Positions 18,298 to 28,604 of a stretch of 64,000 nt of DNA are shown piece after piece; position 1 is the stretch's first letter; each line of letters begins with the position of its first letter. Under the pieces are notes generated by a model, which was given only the letters and a program-made list of their open reading frames with translations, was not told the DNA's origin and made no database searches. The stretch is from the NCBI GenBank assembly GCA_965219455.1, contig OZ244744.1, forward strand, positions 64,001 through 128,000, given 5' to 3'. The DNA is from Candidatus Latescibacterota bacterium (GTDB lineage Bacteria > Latescibacterota > UBA2968 > GCA-2709665). The translations under genes and the position numbers were made by a program.

Positions 18298-20709
18298 ATG
18301 ATGTTGAAATTTCACTTTACGATGGCCACAAGGAAATTGTTAAGGTCCAAGATTCACACTTGTATCAATATCGTTGGTCTCGCGTTGGGTATAACCTGTT
18401 GTCTGTTAATTGCGTTTTATGTTGAGGACGAATTAAACTTCGACGGTTTCCACAGACAAGCGCACAGGATTTATCGTGTCACCAGCGAAGTGGCTCGCAC
18501 GGGGATGGGGGTCACCCAATCCGCTACCACGCCCGCGCGACTCGCCCCGACCCTCCTGGCAACCTATCCCGAGATACAGACGGCTGTTCGTCTGTATCGC
18601 AAAACCTCTGTTGTCGTGCGTGACGTACGGGCGCAATTCCAGGAGGAACGCTTTTTCTACACCGATCCTGCTTTTTTTGAAGTCTTTTCATTCCAGCTCA
18701 TTGATGGAAATCCGGCCGAGGTCCTGGAGGCGCCATTCTCTGTAGTCCTTACCCAATCGACAGCCAGACGGTATTTCGGAGATGAACGCCCAATAGGCGA
18801 AGTACTCAATATTGACCGAAAATTCGATTGCAAAATTACTGGCATCGTCCAGGATCCACCCAATGACTCACATATCCAGTTTGATTTCCTGGCGTCGTTC
18901 ACAACTGCTGAAACGTTGGAACCGTGGATTGTTAACTGGGAGTGGCCCCCGATGTACACATATCTCCTGCTTCATCAGGGGCGTGACATAACAAAGATTC
19001 GAAACCATATGTCGGGATTTGTCGCCCGCCATCTACCTTCGCGTTTGCAAGGGCGGGTGAGTTTTGACATGCAGTCCTTGCGGCGTATACATCTGCATTC
19101 CCATCTTGAAAAAGAACTGACGCCTAACAGTGATATAACCTATGTGTATGTTTTTTCTATAATTGCCCTTTCCGTGCTGCTCATAGCCTCTACCAATTTC
19201 ATTAACATGGCGACAGCCCGGTCAGCGCCACGCGCATTGGAAGTTGGCATCCACAAGGCATTTGGCGCACGCCGCAGCCAGCTTGCGAGGCAATTCTTGT
19301 GCGAATCGATACTAGTCGTGGCACTTCCAACGGCGCTTGCACTTGCACTTGTAGAATGTCTGTTGCCGACGTTTAATTCTGTTTCACAAAAGGATCTCGG
19401 ATGGCGGGATCTAGGATATCTAACCGTCTTCCTCCTGTCAGCTGGTGTCACAATCGGATTGGGCGTGCTTGCAGGTATCTATCCGGCGTTGTACCTTTCC
19501 AGATTTGACCCGGCCAGGGCTGCAAGAGGCAATTCATTTTCGCTTCAACGCGGCTCTGCCCGGCTACGAAAGGGGCTGGTGATCCTGCAGTTCGCCATCT
19601 CAAGCATACTGATCATCAGTACAATGATTGTCCATAATCAGGTTGATTTCATGCGGTACGCACGACTTGGATTTGAAAGGGAAGCGTTGGCGATTGTACC
19701 CTTACGGGAGATTGACGATCAGAGGAATCACACGGTACTCAAACAAAAATGGGCTGACGTAGCCGGCGTGATTGGCGTGACAGGTTCTTCCGGGGTACCA
19801 ATTAATATCGGGATTGACAGGTTCTTTATCTATCCAGACAACGTTCGAGATGATAGTCTGGAGATCGCCACTTTAACTGTGGACAGGGATTTCGTGAAGA
19901 CCTACGAGATGGTTATTCGCGATGGTCGCGACTTTTCGGAACATCATTCCAGTGACGCGAACGAGGCATTCCTCGTAAATGAAGCTGCGGCCAGGAGGAT
20001 AGGTTGGCCGCATCCCATCGAGGCGGAAATGACACTTCGGTACTGGAGAGATGAATGGGTTAGAAAAAAAGGTCGAGTCATTGGACTCGTGAAGGATTTC
20101 CATTACCATTCTTTGCATCGATCCATTGAGCCCATCATTTTTCACATCGATGCCATAGATGAATCTTACTATTATACCTTTTTGTCAGTACGCATTTCCA
20201 GTTCGGATGTTCGCAATGTATTGCGCTTCATGGAACAGAAATGGAAGGAATTCAACCCCAATCGCCCGTTCGAATTCTTCTTTCTGGACGAACGAATTGA
20301 TCAGATGTATCGTGCCGAAGAAAGGCAGGCTGGTATCTTGACTGCGTTCGCGATGATCGCCATCTCCATCGCCTGCCTTGGGTTATTAAGCCTCGCGACG
20401 TTCGCTACTGAACAAAGGACGAAGGAAGTTGGTGTAAGAAGAGTCCTCGGTGCTTCAACTGTAGACATCGCGCTTATGCTCACAAAGGATTTCTCAATAT
20501 TGGTAATCTTTGCAAATTTGCTTGCATTTCCCTTTGTTTATTTCATCGTCAAGCCGTGGCTTGAGGGTTTTCCATATCGAATCGACCTTGGAATAAACCC
20601 CTTCCTCATCGGTGGCCTGCTGAGTATTGCAATTGCTGTTGCGACTGTAACCTATCACGCCCTAAAGACCGCAACGACCAATCCAATCCAAGCGCTGCGG
20701 TACGAATAG
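18298..20709 (+). CDS. ABC transporter permease, duplicated MacB/FtsX type
   Basis: INIVGLALG, DE.NFD.FH..RIYR, NFINMATARS..RA.EVG, QFL.ES, GIYPA, EQRTKEVGVRRVLGAS, NP..ALRYE; codon usage visibly AT-richer than flanks. Confidence 0.92.
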   Translation: MMLKFHFTMATRKLLRSKIHTCINIVGLALGITCCLLIAFYVEDELNFDGFHRQAHRIYRVTSEVARTGMGVTQSATTPARLAPTLLATYPEIQTAVRLYRKTSVVVRDVRAQFQEERFFYTDPAFFEVFSFQLIDGNPAEVLEAPFSVVLTQSTARRYFGDERPIGEVLNIDRKFDCKITGIVQDPPNDSHIQFDFLASFTTAETLEPWIVNWEWPPMYTYLLLHQGRDITKIRNHMSGFVARHLPSRLQGRVSFDMQSLRRIHLHSHLEKELTPNSDITYVYVFSIIALSVLLIASTNFINMATARSAPRALEVGIHKAFGARRSQLARQFLCESILVVALPTALALALVECLLPTFNSVSQKDLGWRDLGYLTVFLLSAGVTIGLGVLAGIYPALYLSRFDPARAARGNSFSLQRGSARLRKGLVILQFAISSILIISTMIVHNQVDFMRYARLGFEREALAIVPLREIDDQRNHTVLKQKWADVAGVIGVTGSSGVPINIGIDRFFIYPDNVRDDSLEIATLTVDRDFVKTYEMVIRDGRDFSEHHSSDANEAFLVNEAAARRIGWPHPIEAEMTLRYWRDEWVRKKGRVIGLVKDFHYHSLHRSIEPIIFHIDAIDESYYYTFLSVRISSSDVRNVLRFMEQKWKEFNPNRPFEFFFLDERIDQMYRAEERQAGILTAFAMIAISIACLGLLSLATFATEQRTKEVGVRRVLGASTVDIALMLTKDFSILVIFANLLAFPFVYFIVKPWLEGFPYRIDLGINPFLIGGLLSIAIAVATVTYHALKTATTNPIQALRYE

Positions 20710-20740
20710 GTAAGAGCCAGGCTTTGCAGCAAGTTGCACA

Positions 20741-20785
20741 AACGACAAAGACCGCGAACCGGCAATTCTCGCGGTCTTTGTCGTT
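20741..20785. terminator. Bidirectional terminator-like hairpin
   Basis: 17-bp perfect stem AACGACAAAGACCGCGA / TCGCGGTCTTTGTCGTT between convergent genes. Confidence 0.75.
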
Positions 20786-20953
20786 ATGGACCAGGAATCG
20801 GAAACACGGTTGAGGCGTCGTGGCGCTCTGACACCCCTCTACGGCCCTTTGACAAGCTCGGGGGCACTTAACCCCGGGGAGGAGGGGCTGGGTGCAGCAG
20901 GATCCGTCTGTCGTATACGATTGCGAGGCTTCCCGATAAACGTGAACCGATCC

Positions 20954-21481
20954 CTACGTGGATTCCCCTTCGACGAATTTGGCGATGACAAGCCCCGCCA
21001 GAAGCCATGCGATCAACGAGTCAAGGATGATTACAAGCGTATACGACGTCGAGAAGCCAAACCAGTTCCAGTAGGGGAAGTGGCTCACAAAGCCGATGGC
21101 CACACCTGCAAGCGCCACGAAGCGAACCCGTTCCCAGTAACCGAGATTCGACGTGTTGCCCAGCAGAAGAAGAACGAGCAAGGCGGAGACCGCTTGACCC
21201 ACAAGGCCGACACCCATCATACGGCCCATGTTCGTATCGGCGCCGTCGGGCAATACGTTCGCGAGGGCGAATACTGCTCCTGGCTTGAGGTCTTCCTGGG
21301 CAAATGGTAAATAGTAAATTCCGGCAGTCGTCGCGTTTTCCTTGAGGACCGTTGAAACAGCCGATTCGTCTTCGAATTTGTTCGCAACCGCATTATGCCA
21401 CGGCAATATCGTCCAGGAGATAAACCCCCAGGCGAACAGGACAACGGCAGACAAAACCACGGCGAGTACACAGTTCTTCAC
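20954..21481 (-). CDS. Hypothetical membrane protein
   Basis: AAGGAGG SD, GTG start; WG.ISW..LPWH, GIY.LP, PYWNWFGFS. Confidence 0.8.
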   Translation of the reverse strand: MKNCVLAVVLSAVVLFAWGFISWTILPWHNAVANKFEDESAVSTVLKENATTAGIYYLPFAQEDLKPGAVFALANVLPDGADTNMGRMMGVGLVGQAVSALLVLLLLGNTSNLGYWERVRFVALAGVAIGFVSHFPYWNWFGFSTSYTLVIILDSLIAWLLAGLVIAKFVEGEST

Positions 21482-21653
21482 AAAGAGACCTCCTTCTGGT
21501 GGTTATCCAGGGATAAAGCACAGACGGACGCGTCGAAACCGTCCGTTTCGGGTACCTTAAGAATTCGAGATCGCGGCCGACAACAACTGCCGCCGGCGAT
21601 CGCTGGCGACTTGCCACCGGATTCCGATTTTTCGCCCACTCCAACATATTGAA

Positions 21654-22016
21654 TCAGTCGCCAACGAACTGGCGCAGTTCGAAGACGTTGCCTTCCGTGT
21701 CGCTGATGACGGCGATACGCACCGGTATGCCGCCGCCGGCCTCCCGGACGTTTCTGACTTCGCCCCCGCCAGCCACGACTTCCTTCACCGCGGCGTCGAG
21801 ATCATCCACGTGGAGATTCAGCCCGGCGTGGGCGACGGCGCCCTCGCTCATCCCGGTAGACAGGATATGGAGCGCCACGATGCACCCTCCGCATTGAAGC
21901 GTACTCCACCCCGGCGATTCGAACACGGCGTCCAGTCCGATGACGTCCCGGTAAAAAGGCAGCGCCCTGTCCATATCTTTGACGTAATGGACGACCATGG
22001 GTTCTGTAGCGTTCAC
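21654..22016 (-). CDS. VOC/glyoxalase family protein
   Basis: V.DMDRA..FYRDV.GL, VDDLD, DTEGNVFEL; SD AAAGGAG. Confidence 0.9.
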   Translation of the reverse strand: MNATEPMVVHYVKDMDRALPFYRDVIGLDAVFESPGWSTLQCGGCIVALHILSTGMSEGAVAHAGLNLHVDDLDAAVKEVVAGGGEVRNVREAGGGIPVRIAVISDTEGNVFELRQFVGD

Positions 22017-22115
22017 GCTTCTCTCCTTTCCGAAATGGTTGCCAAACCGCGTTATCGAAACACGTCTCGGCTATTCTAATCTCGCAATGCTTCAATCCCG
22101 ATCTGCCTGTAACGG

Positions 22116-22826
22116 CTAGACGAGCAGAAGAACCCCGAATGCCAGCAGCGCCGCGTAGAGAACGCGTTGAAATCGGGCGGGAGGGATGCGCGCGCCGATG
22201 ACCTGGCCCAGAACAACTGCGAGAATGATGGCCGGCACGGCCGGCAGATAGAATCCGAATACGTCCCCCGTCCACAGTCCAGCCAATCCGTGGCTCGCCA
22301 CAATGAGCAGGGTCGAGGGAAAGAAGTACCCCTGCAGCGTCGCCCTGAAGTGTTCGGGCGGCCACCGCCGCAGAATCCCGTAAACAGCCACCGGCGCCGC
22401 GTTGACGTTATATGCGCCGCCGAGAATGCCGGACGTGAAACCGAACGCGTGCGCCCATCCGATATGTTCAAGCCTCGGCAGGACAGAGGTTCTCAGGTTA
22501 TATAGACCGACAGCAATGAGCAGGATTCCGAGCCCGGCCTTGAAGACATCCTGGGGTGCGAATCGAAGAATCAGCAGACCGAGAGGAATTCCAAAAACCG
22601 AAGCGGCGAGCAAATGTAGCGCGGCCCTGACGTCCAGGTCCCGCCAGGATCGAACCAGAAGCAGGGCGATTGTCGTCAGCATTGTCAGGCCGACCAGGGG
22701 CGTCGCCACTTCGACATCGAGAACCGTCACGAGCATCGGCATCGCCACCAGGGCGGTTCCGAATCCGAGCGTCGAATGGACCAACGCCGCCACAAACACG
22801 ATCGCGACTACCGTGAACAAGAGCAT
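22116..22826 (-). CDS. Sulfite exporter TauE/SafE family protein
   Basis: GFG.ALVAMP, G.PLG, GF.SG.LGGAY, FRATLQ.YF. Confidence 0.88.
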   Translation of the reverse strand: MLLFTVVAIVFVAALVHSTLGFGTALVAMPMLVTVLDVEVATPLVGLTMLTTIALLLVRSWRDLDVRAALHLLAASVFGIPLGLLILRFAPQDVFKAGLGILLIAVGLYNLRTSVLPRLEHIGWAHAFGFTSGILGGAYNVNAAPVAVYGILRRWPPEHFRATLQGYFFPSTLLIVASHGLAGLWTGDVFGFYLPAVPAIILAVVLGQVIGARIPPARFQRVLYAALLAFGVLLLV

Positions 22827-23007
22827 ATTGATTCGCTTGGAATCGTGCAAACAACAGCAGAATTCAACGCCGATTCCTCACCTCTGGAAAATCATCTGAG
22901 GCGACGTTACGTCTCGCTGTAACTCGGGTCAGGGCTAAACTTCACCTTCACGATGAAATTTCAATTAGAATCCTTATCTTAGCTTGTTTTTTTATGCTCC
23001 AACGATC

Positions 23008-24351
23008 TTATCTTGACCCGTACATTCTAATTGCATTCTTGAAAGCATAACTACAAAGGGCAATCCAAACCAAACGGACAATTCCTATAGCATTTAGCCA
23101 CGCCGTATTGATCCCAGACAAAACCTCCCCATATCTCTCCGCCCCAAGAGCGGCCATTAAGCCATCTGCATAAAAGAGAATCCTGATCGGACTATAAAAA
23201 CAAAATTCCCAATACCCATCAAAAGAAACTCCCTCTCCCCAGAGAAAAAGAAATGGAACAGCATTGAGAACCAAATACCCCCCAACGAGCCAGATAATAG
23301 GACGAAGCCAAGACGTGTAAAATTCCGACGATACACCCCGCCATCCCAACAAGAGCCAGTCTTGCCACCCCTGCCAACTCTTGTACCACTTATCGTTTTT
23401 CACGTGTGCATAGTCAACCAAAGATATATAACTGGCAATCGTGTTTTCTTGACCTATATCTCCCCTTACATGTGCCAAATTTTTAAACTTGACGAACAAA
23501 TCTCTCATATCATGAAATCTCCCAACATATCTCTTGACATAACGAGTATTCAACAACCTCTTTCCGATCTTTTCATTGCGTCCAAAAAACATCCTAAGCA
23601 AATTATATTCCTGTGCAACATCATATTTGACAAAATTACCATGTGGATCGAATTCTCTACGATTAACTACCTGATCCCACGTCAAAATATCTACCTCATT
23701 ACCACCATCAAAATAGCAGCTTATTGGATACCTACATGGAAAGTGAAAATCTAAATCCAATCTTCTAATTCTATTCTCATTGAAAATCAAAGACAGCCCT
23801 TTCTTCTTATTGTTATCATTATCACCGCTTCTCTTTACAAGAACATGTGTGAAATCATTTTTATCGAAAACTACACTACTGTGATCCGGAAAAGAAAACT
23901 CACAATCCCCTGTATTCCTTACAAAACACAATGATTCTCCAAGATCGGAATCGTGAAATTCAGGTACAAACTCTATGCCAGTTTCCCAAATATTATCCAT
24001 TGAAAACTGACAGTTCTCAAAACGCAAACTTGCTGCCATATCCGAAAGCCCATACCTTATCTCAGCATCATGATCCCTATGATGTTTTTCACGACCATCG
24101 GTAATGAGAATATCAAGATTCTTTACACAAAGTAACAAAACATCCCAACCTCTTTCATTATCGCTACCACTTGCCAAACTCCACTGAACGTACCCCTCTA
24201 ATGTACTCCCACCGCCGTGCCTAGTCACATCTTCTGATTGTACACCCTGAAAACACAAGACACGAGACAACTCTTCGCACGACACATCCTTACGTTCCCC
24301 AACCGGTTTCTTATTAATAGGTAAAACCCGGCCAATCAGACGTTTCAACAT
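23008..24351 (-). CDS. AT-rich hypothetical protein with beta-helix-like N-terminus and C-terminal TM helices
   Basis: Uninterrupted 447-codon ORF in the most AT-rich part of the window; FENCQF, FVRN, FDKNDF, FNENRI strands; SEFYTSWLRPIIWL followed by hydrophobic helices. Confidence 0.75.
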   Translation of the reverse strand: MLKRLIGRVLPINKKPVGERKDVSCEELSRVLCFQGVQSEDVTRHGGGSTLEGYVQWSLASGSDNERGWDVLLLCVKNLDILITDGREKHHRDHDAEIRYGLSDMAASLRFENCQFSMDNIWETGIEFVPEFHDSDLGESLCFVRNTGDCEFSFPDHSSVVFDKNDFTHVLVKRSGDNDNNKKKGLSLIFNENRIRRLDLDFHFPCRYPISCYFDGGNEVDILTWDQVVNRREFDPHGNFVKYDVAQEYNLLRMFFGRNEKIGKRLLNTRYVKRYVGRFHDMRDLFVKFKNLAHVRGDIGQENTIASYISLVDYAHVKNDKWYKSWQGWQDWLLLGWRGVSSEFYTSWLRPIIWLVGGYLVLNAVPFLFLWGEGVSFDGYWEFCFYSPIRILFYADGLMAALGAERYGEVLSGINTAWLNAIGIVRLVWIALCSYAFKNAIRMYGSR

Positions 24352-24665
24352 CTCACAACACCCCGAAAAGGAATCCCGGCGAACGACCCCTTTATGATGA
24401 TTCGCCGAACCAAAATCCCTATCCCGTAGCTGGACTTCGCGCTGTTTAGCGACAACAAAACAAGTGGCAATGAATGTCCGAGCCTGTTGTTTTCCGCCAT
24501 AAGAGGTTTTTGTTTGAAGAGTACCTGCCGCGGGGATTTGGAGATGCGATGGAGCGAATCATTGGCAGTCAGGGTTCGACCTACCTCGAGAACCCGTGGG
24601 ACACGGTTTGTGCTGTTGGCCTGGACGCAGAATACATCTGGCTTTGCCATGTCTTCACGTAACTA

Positions 24666-25703
24666 TCACTTTGACTTGCTCCGGTACTCGCGAAGTCGTG
24701 TACAGTCAACCAGCCGGTCAATTGTATTCGCTGTAAATACCTTCCCCCTCGTCGCAAGGATCATCTTCTTCATGTCTTCCCTGCGGACCCCGAAGCCGCG
24801 ACCGCCAATACAGGCGACAACCTGGAATCTCGGGTTTTTTCTCGTACGACCGGAAAGACTCAATTCACCCAGATGTTGAATCCTCGTAACTTTATCGCGT
24901 GCTGTCCCGTCATCTTCCGTTATTTTCGCCTCGATGATAATCTGAGGGTTGAATTCGCTCGGTACCATAAAGTCCGGTGTCTGGTCAAATCCCTCGATTC
25001 GTTCAGCGCGTTTCGTCTTACGGTAGCTGACCCCGGTCCTTACGAGCTCATCTTCAATCGCTGACTCCAGACTATCTCCTATAAGTTCACTCACCGAGTC
25101 ACGATGACCGGCAAATGGCCTTCCCAGGAATCGTTCGTACAGCAACATAGCATAAGGGACACCAATCCTCGCAAGGTTCTGGATGCTATCGACGCCGCGA
25201 CTCGTGTCGGCCTTGTCCAAGCGATGCAATTGGTCGCTCGGCACGTCCGGGACACCATGTACCAATAGCTGACAAGCTGCATTGACCATTGCTTGGAGCC
25301 GTACTAAGCTCTTTTGACCTGGGTTCAGTTCGTTCTCTGGTGCCATTCTGACCTTACGGTCAATCGAACGAGCGAATCCCTGGCTTACCGTGACACCGGT
25401 TCTCTGTGTGGTGACATAACCCCATTCAGGTGGGGTAAATCCAAGCATCGAACGCAAAACAACAATTGAAATCGGTTTGGAAAACACAACCGGAAGCAAC
25501 TCCTCAGGTTCAAAACTAGAGAAACTTTCGGTCGCAGCTTTCAAAGATTCGTACCCTCGCTCGAACACCGAATATTCAACAAAACCGACCCCTTTGGGAA
25601 GAACGATGAATTCTGACTCGAGGCTTGCAAATACGGCATCAACATAGCTGTCTGGGTCTGCGACAACCACATCAAAGGGGACTTCAAAAGGGAACTTCGG
25701 CAT
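24666..25703 (-). CDS. Putative type II restriction endonuclease (PD-(D/E)xK)
   Basis: TPDFMVP...IIIEAK catalytic motif, DGTARDK; overlaps the 3' end of the methyltransferase. Confidence 0.75.
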   Translation of the reverse strand: MPKFPFEVPFDVVVADPDSYVDAVFASLESEFIVLPKGVGFVEYSVFERGYESLKAATESFSSFEPEELLPVVFSKPISIVVLRSMLGFTPPEWGYVTTQRTGVTVSQGFARSIDRKVRMAPENELNPGQKSLVRLQAMVNAACQLLVHGVPDVPSDQLHRLDKADTSRGVDSIQNLARIGVPYAMLLYERFLGRPFAGHRDSVSELIGDSLESAIEDELVRTGVSYRKTKRAERIEGFDQTPDFMVPSEFNPQIIIEAKITEDDGTARDKVTRIQHLGELSLSGRTRKNPRFQVVACIGGRGFGVRREDMKKMILATRGKVFTANTIDRLVDCTRLREYRSKSK

Positions 25704-27888
25704 ACTCAACTCCATACTCCACATTTTTCTCGCGCGTGGCGAACAAGGGGAGGTTCTCTGCAGGCCCGCCGTGCTGCAAGCAGGCTTCTACATCCGTCCA
25801 TCCACCAAAGTCATGGATCCAATCGGCGACTCGGAGGATGCGTCTATTCGTTGGTTCGTCTTTCTGCCATCCTTGACGCAAAGACCAGATAGCCAGTCGG
25901 ATGAGATGTCCATATGCTACACATCTGATGTCACCGTCAGTTGGTCTTACGTTTCCGTTCCGTAAATGCTCCAAGTCTTTGGCAACGATGCGAGCTACTT
26001 CATCCGGGTTCCCGGCAAGCCATTTTCTTTGCATTGAACCAGTTTTTCGACAGACAAATATGGTGTCGACAATTGAGGAACCGGTCCCTCCTATATGTAT
26101 TGATGCACCCATTTCCGCCGGACAGGGAAGAGACGCCGAACATGTCAATCCTGAATCTAGGATAGCAACAGCTATAGGATAATAGGCTTCTACTTTGTTG
26201 TGGTGGTAGGTAAATGCCAACGGCGAACCCAGCTTTAGTGCCTTCGACATACATTGAAAAACGGAGGAAAGTCCGTCCGTAAAATGACTAATGCCCCGTC
26301 CCATGTCGACATTGCAGGTCAATTCATTTGGTGTGCGAGTCGACGAGACTTTGAATGCTTCTAGATCTCTGCCGATGAGCTTTCGCAACCAAACATAACA
26401 GAAATCCATGAGTTCTGCGTATTGCACATTGCCATAATAGGGCGGATCTGTAAAAACTGCGTCAAGTGAACCTTCAGGCAGCCTGGTAGATGCTGCGTCT
26501 CGACAAGAGATATCAATGAAGCGTGTTGATTCGGATCCGTCGTTCAGACGGCCGCCGATCCTTTCTCCTTCGACAGGTACGATTTTTTTTGATCGTCCCT
26601 GATGGATTACTTCAAACGGATGATCACAATATAATTTTGCTTTCTTAAACTTCTCGATGATGTTTGCCCATCCACCGCTACCCACACACACGTTCCGGCC
26701 TGACTCAATCATCCCAATTAAATTCGACTCGCAATGGATCAATCCGACTGGAAAACCGTGAATAGAGAATATATCCAAGGACTTCAATGCCCTTGTGTCG
26801 TAACGACACAGCATGTTTTGGTATCGGAGTAGATCAGACAGATTTGTAGCGAGAGCGTCACGGATGCGGACATCTTTGATTTTGCTGATCATTGCGGCCG
26901 ATAGTTCCAGGCCAAGTAACTGCCGACTGTTGAAGAGTTCTCGATAGCGAGTGTAACCCCAACGATGCAGGCGATTAGTCTCGTCGCCACTCGGGATCTC
27001 ATCGTCTGGAACATGATCATGGCGAGTCTCAGCCCAACGACGTTCAACCTCCGTAAGGCGCTCCTCATCCTGTCTATCCGGTCTCTTGAAGAATCTTCCG
27101 TTGTGGGATTTTTTGCACGCAGGACAATGATATTCCAATGCAAAAAGACGGTGCCGTGGAGGTCCAGCGTTCGGGTCAGGATACTTATTTTCGGCCCCAC
27201 AAGCCGAACATGAGCACCGGTTTCGCCTCGCAGGTCCATTCAATGTCAGTTTCGTATCGCAATAAATGCAATGTCCAGGGGTTTTACGATCGCTGCATTC
27301 GATCAATTCCCGGCAGTTCGGGCAAATAAACACGTTTTTTGGATGCCTGGAATCGGTGGAGAGGAGGTAGCCGGGAAAGAGATCTATATCGCTCTGACAT
27401 TGATGACACGACTTAACTTTGACCCATAGGAAGTATTTGGTATGGGCAGTGTTCGAGCCACAAAGTGTGCATTGTGTTCGATATAGATGTCCGATTTCCT
27501 TGTCTAATTTCCCTCGAAGGGATTCTGCGGCCTGAGTATATTCACGGAGATCGAGAGACTCGATTTCCTGTGTAACAATCCAGTATGACATAGGGTTTAT
27601 ATCGAATCCGGTGACATCACAGCCGACGCGGTTTGCCTCCAGAATTGGAATACCTCCGCCCATAAACGGATCGGCAACATGGCGGCCAGAAAGGTCGTTT
27701 GACATATAAAAGGTCTCTCGAATTGGTCTATCCAAGAACTCGGAGAGCAGTAGTCCGCGAAACAGTGTGCCCGGACGTCGAGCAAACCACTTGTGAACGG
27801 CAATAATTGGCCGGTAATTCTGCTGGATCTGCTTTTCCCTTAACGCCAGGTTCGCAATAAACGAAATATCGTAGTGCTTTTCTATCAT
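25684..27888 (-). CDS. DNA amino-methyltransferase with Zn ribbons (COG1743/DUF1156-like)
   Basis: HKWFARRP, motif I DPFMGGG, multiple CxxC pairs, motif IV VFTDPPY, FTYHH. Confidence 0.9.
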   Translation of the reverse strand: MIEKHYDISFIANLALREKQIQQNYRPIIAVHKWFARRPGTLFRGLLLSEFLDRPIRETFYMSNDLSGRHVADPFMGGGIPILEANRVGCDVTGFDINPMSYWIVTQEIESLDLREYTQAAESLRGKLDKEIGHLYRTQCTLCGSNTAHTKYFLWVKVKSCHQCQSDIDLFPGYLLSTDSRHPKNVFICPNCRELIECSDRKTPGHCIYCDTKLTLNGPARRNRCSCSACGAENKYPDPNAGPPRHRLFALEYHCPACKKSHNGRFFKRPDRQDEERLTEVERRWAETRHDHVPDDEIPSGDETNRLHRWGYTRYRELFNSRQLLGLELSAAMISKIKDVRIRDALATNLSDLLRYQNMLCRYDTRALKSLDIFSIHGFPVGLIHCESNLIGMIESGRNVCVGSGGWANIIEKFKKAKLYCDHPFEVIHQGRSKKIVPVEGERIGGRLNDGSESTRFIDISCRDAASTRLPEGSLDAVFTDPPYYGNVQYAELMDFCYVWLRKLIGRDLEAFKVSSTRTPNELTCNVDMGRGISHFTDGLSSVFQCMSKALKLGSPLAFTYHHNKVEAYYPIAVAILDSGLTCSASLPCPAEMGASIHIGGTGSSIVDTIFVCRKTGSMQRKWLAGNPDEVARIVAKDLEHLRNGNVRPTDGDIRCVAYGHLIRLAIWSLRQGWQKDEPTNRRILRVADWIHDFGGWTDVEACLQHGGPAENLPLFATREKNVEYGVEYAEVPF

Positions 27889-27982
27889 CAGACGGCTACC
27901 CATCCTTATATTGCGAACCACCCATTTATTCTAAGGATATTCTTAGCATCTCACATTGCACTGGGCAGATAATTGAGCAGGC

Positions 27983-28023
27983 AAACAAAAACCGCCACCC
28001 TCGGACGACCTGAAAGCAGCGAT
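27983..28023 (-). terminator. Rho-independent terminator of frr
   Basis: Minus strand AUCGCUGCUUUC / GAGGGUGGCGGU stem (many G-U pairs) followed by UUUUGUUU. Confidence 0.55.
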
Positions 28024-28046
28024 TGCTGGAGGACGATCAGGAGAAG

Positions 28047-28604
28047 TCAGACCTCCATAATTTCCTCTTCCTTCCGCGCCAGCAGCTTGTCGATTTCCGC
28101 CACGAAATCGTCGGTCAGCTTCTGCACCTGTTCCTGCCCCTTCCTGGAATCGTCTTCGGGTATCTCGCCCTCTTTCTGACCGTCCTTGAACATCTCGTTG
28201 GCGTCCCGCCGGGCGTTGCGCACCGAGACCTTGCACTCTTCCGACATCTGGCGAACCACGCGTACGAGCTCCGTACGGCGCTCTTCCGTCAGATGTGGGA
28301 TCGGCAGACGAATAACCGTTCCATCGCTGGATGGCGCCAGACCCAGATTCGACGCCTGTATGGCCTTTTCAATAGCCGGGATTGCGCTCTTGTCCCACGG
28401 CTGAAGAACAATCAGCCTCGGCTCCGGCACGCCAATGGTGGCCACCTGGTTCAGCGGCACTTTGGTACCGTAATACTCAGCGCGAATATTGTCCAGTAAT
28501 GCGGTGTTTGCACGTCCCGTGCGAACCGTGGCTATTTCGTGTTGAAATGCTTCCACGGTTTTTTCCATCGCCTGCCTGGTCTCTGAAAGAATCTCGTCAA
28601 CCAT
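28047..28604 (-). CDS. frr: Ribosome recycling factor
   Basis: RTGRAN, YYG..VPLNQVA, QPWD, IEKAI..SNLGL.P, LTEERR, RNARRDAN. Confidence 0.98.
   Translation of the reverse strand: MVDEILSETRQAMEKTVEAFQHEIATVRTGRANTALLDNIRAEYYGTKVPLNQVATIGVPEPRLIVLQPWDKSAIPAIEKAIQASNLGLAPSSDGTVIRLPIPHLTEERRTELVRVVRQMSEECKVSVRNARRDANEMFKDGQKEGEIPEDDSRKGQEQVQKLTDDFVAEIDKLLARKEEEIMEV

Noticed and set aside
20831-20890. REP-like segment CCCTTTGACAAGCTCGGGGG within a purine/pyrimidine palindromic tract
   Set aside because: Resembles a dispersed repeat family from memory, but only one degenerate copy is visible here, so it cannot be supported as a repeat
22890-23007. Possible integron attC site or att repeat bounding the AT-rich islet
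   Set aside because: No RYYYAAC...GTTRRRY pair and no convincing direct repeat matching the frr side; no integrase in the window
24345-24650. 101-aa ORF between the endonuclease and the AT-rich gene
   Set aside because: No recognisable motif or SD; more likely spacer and promoter sequence
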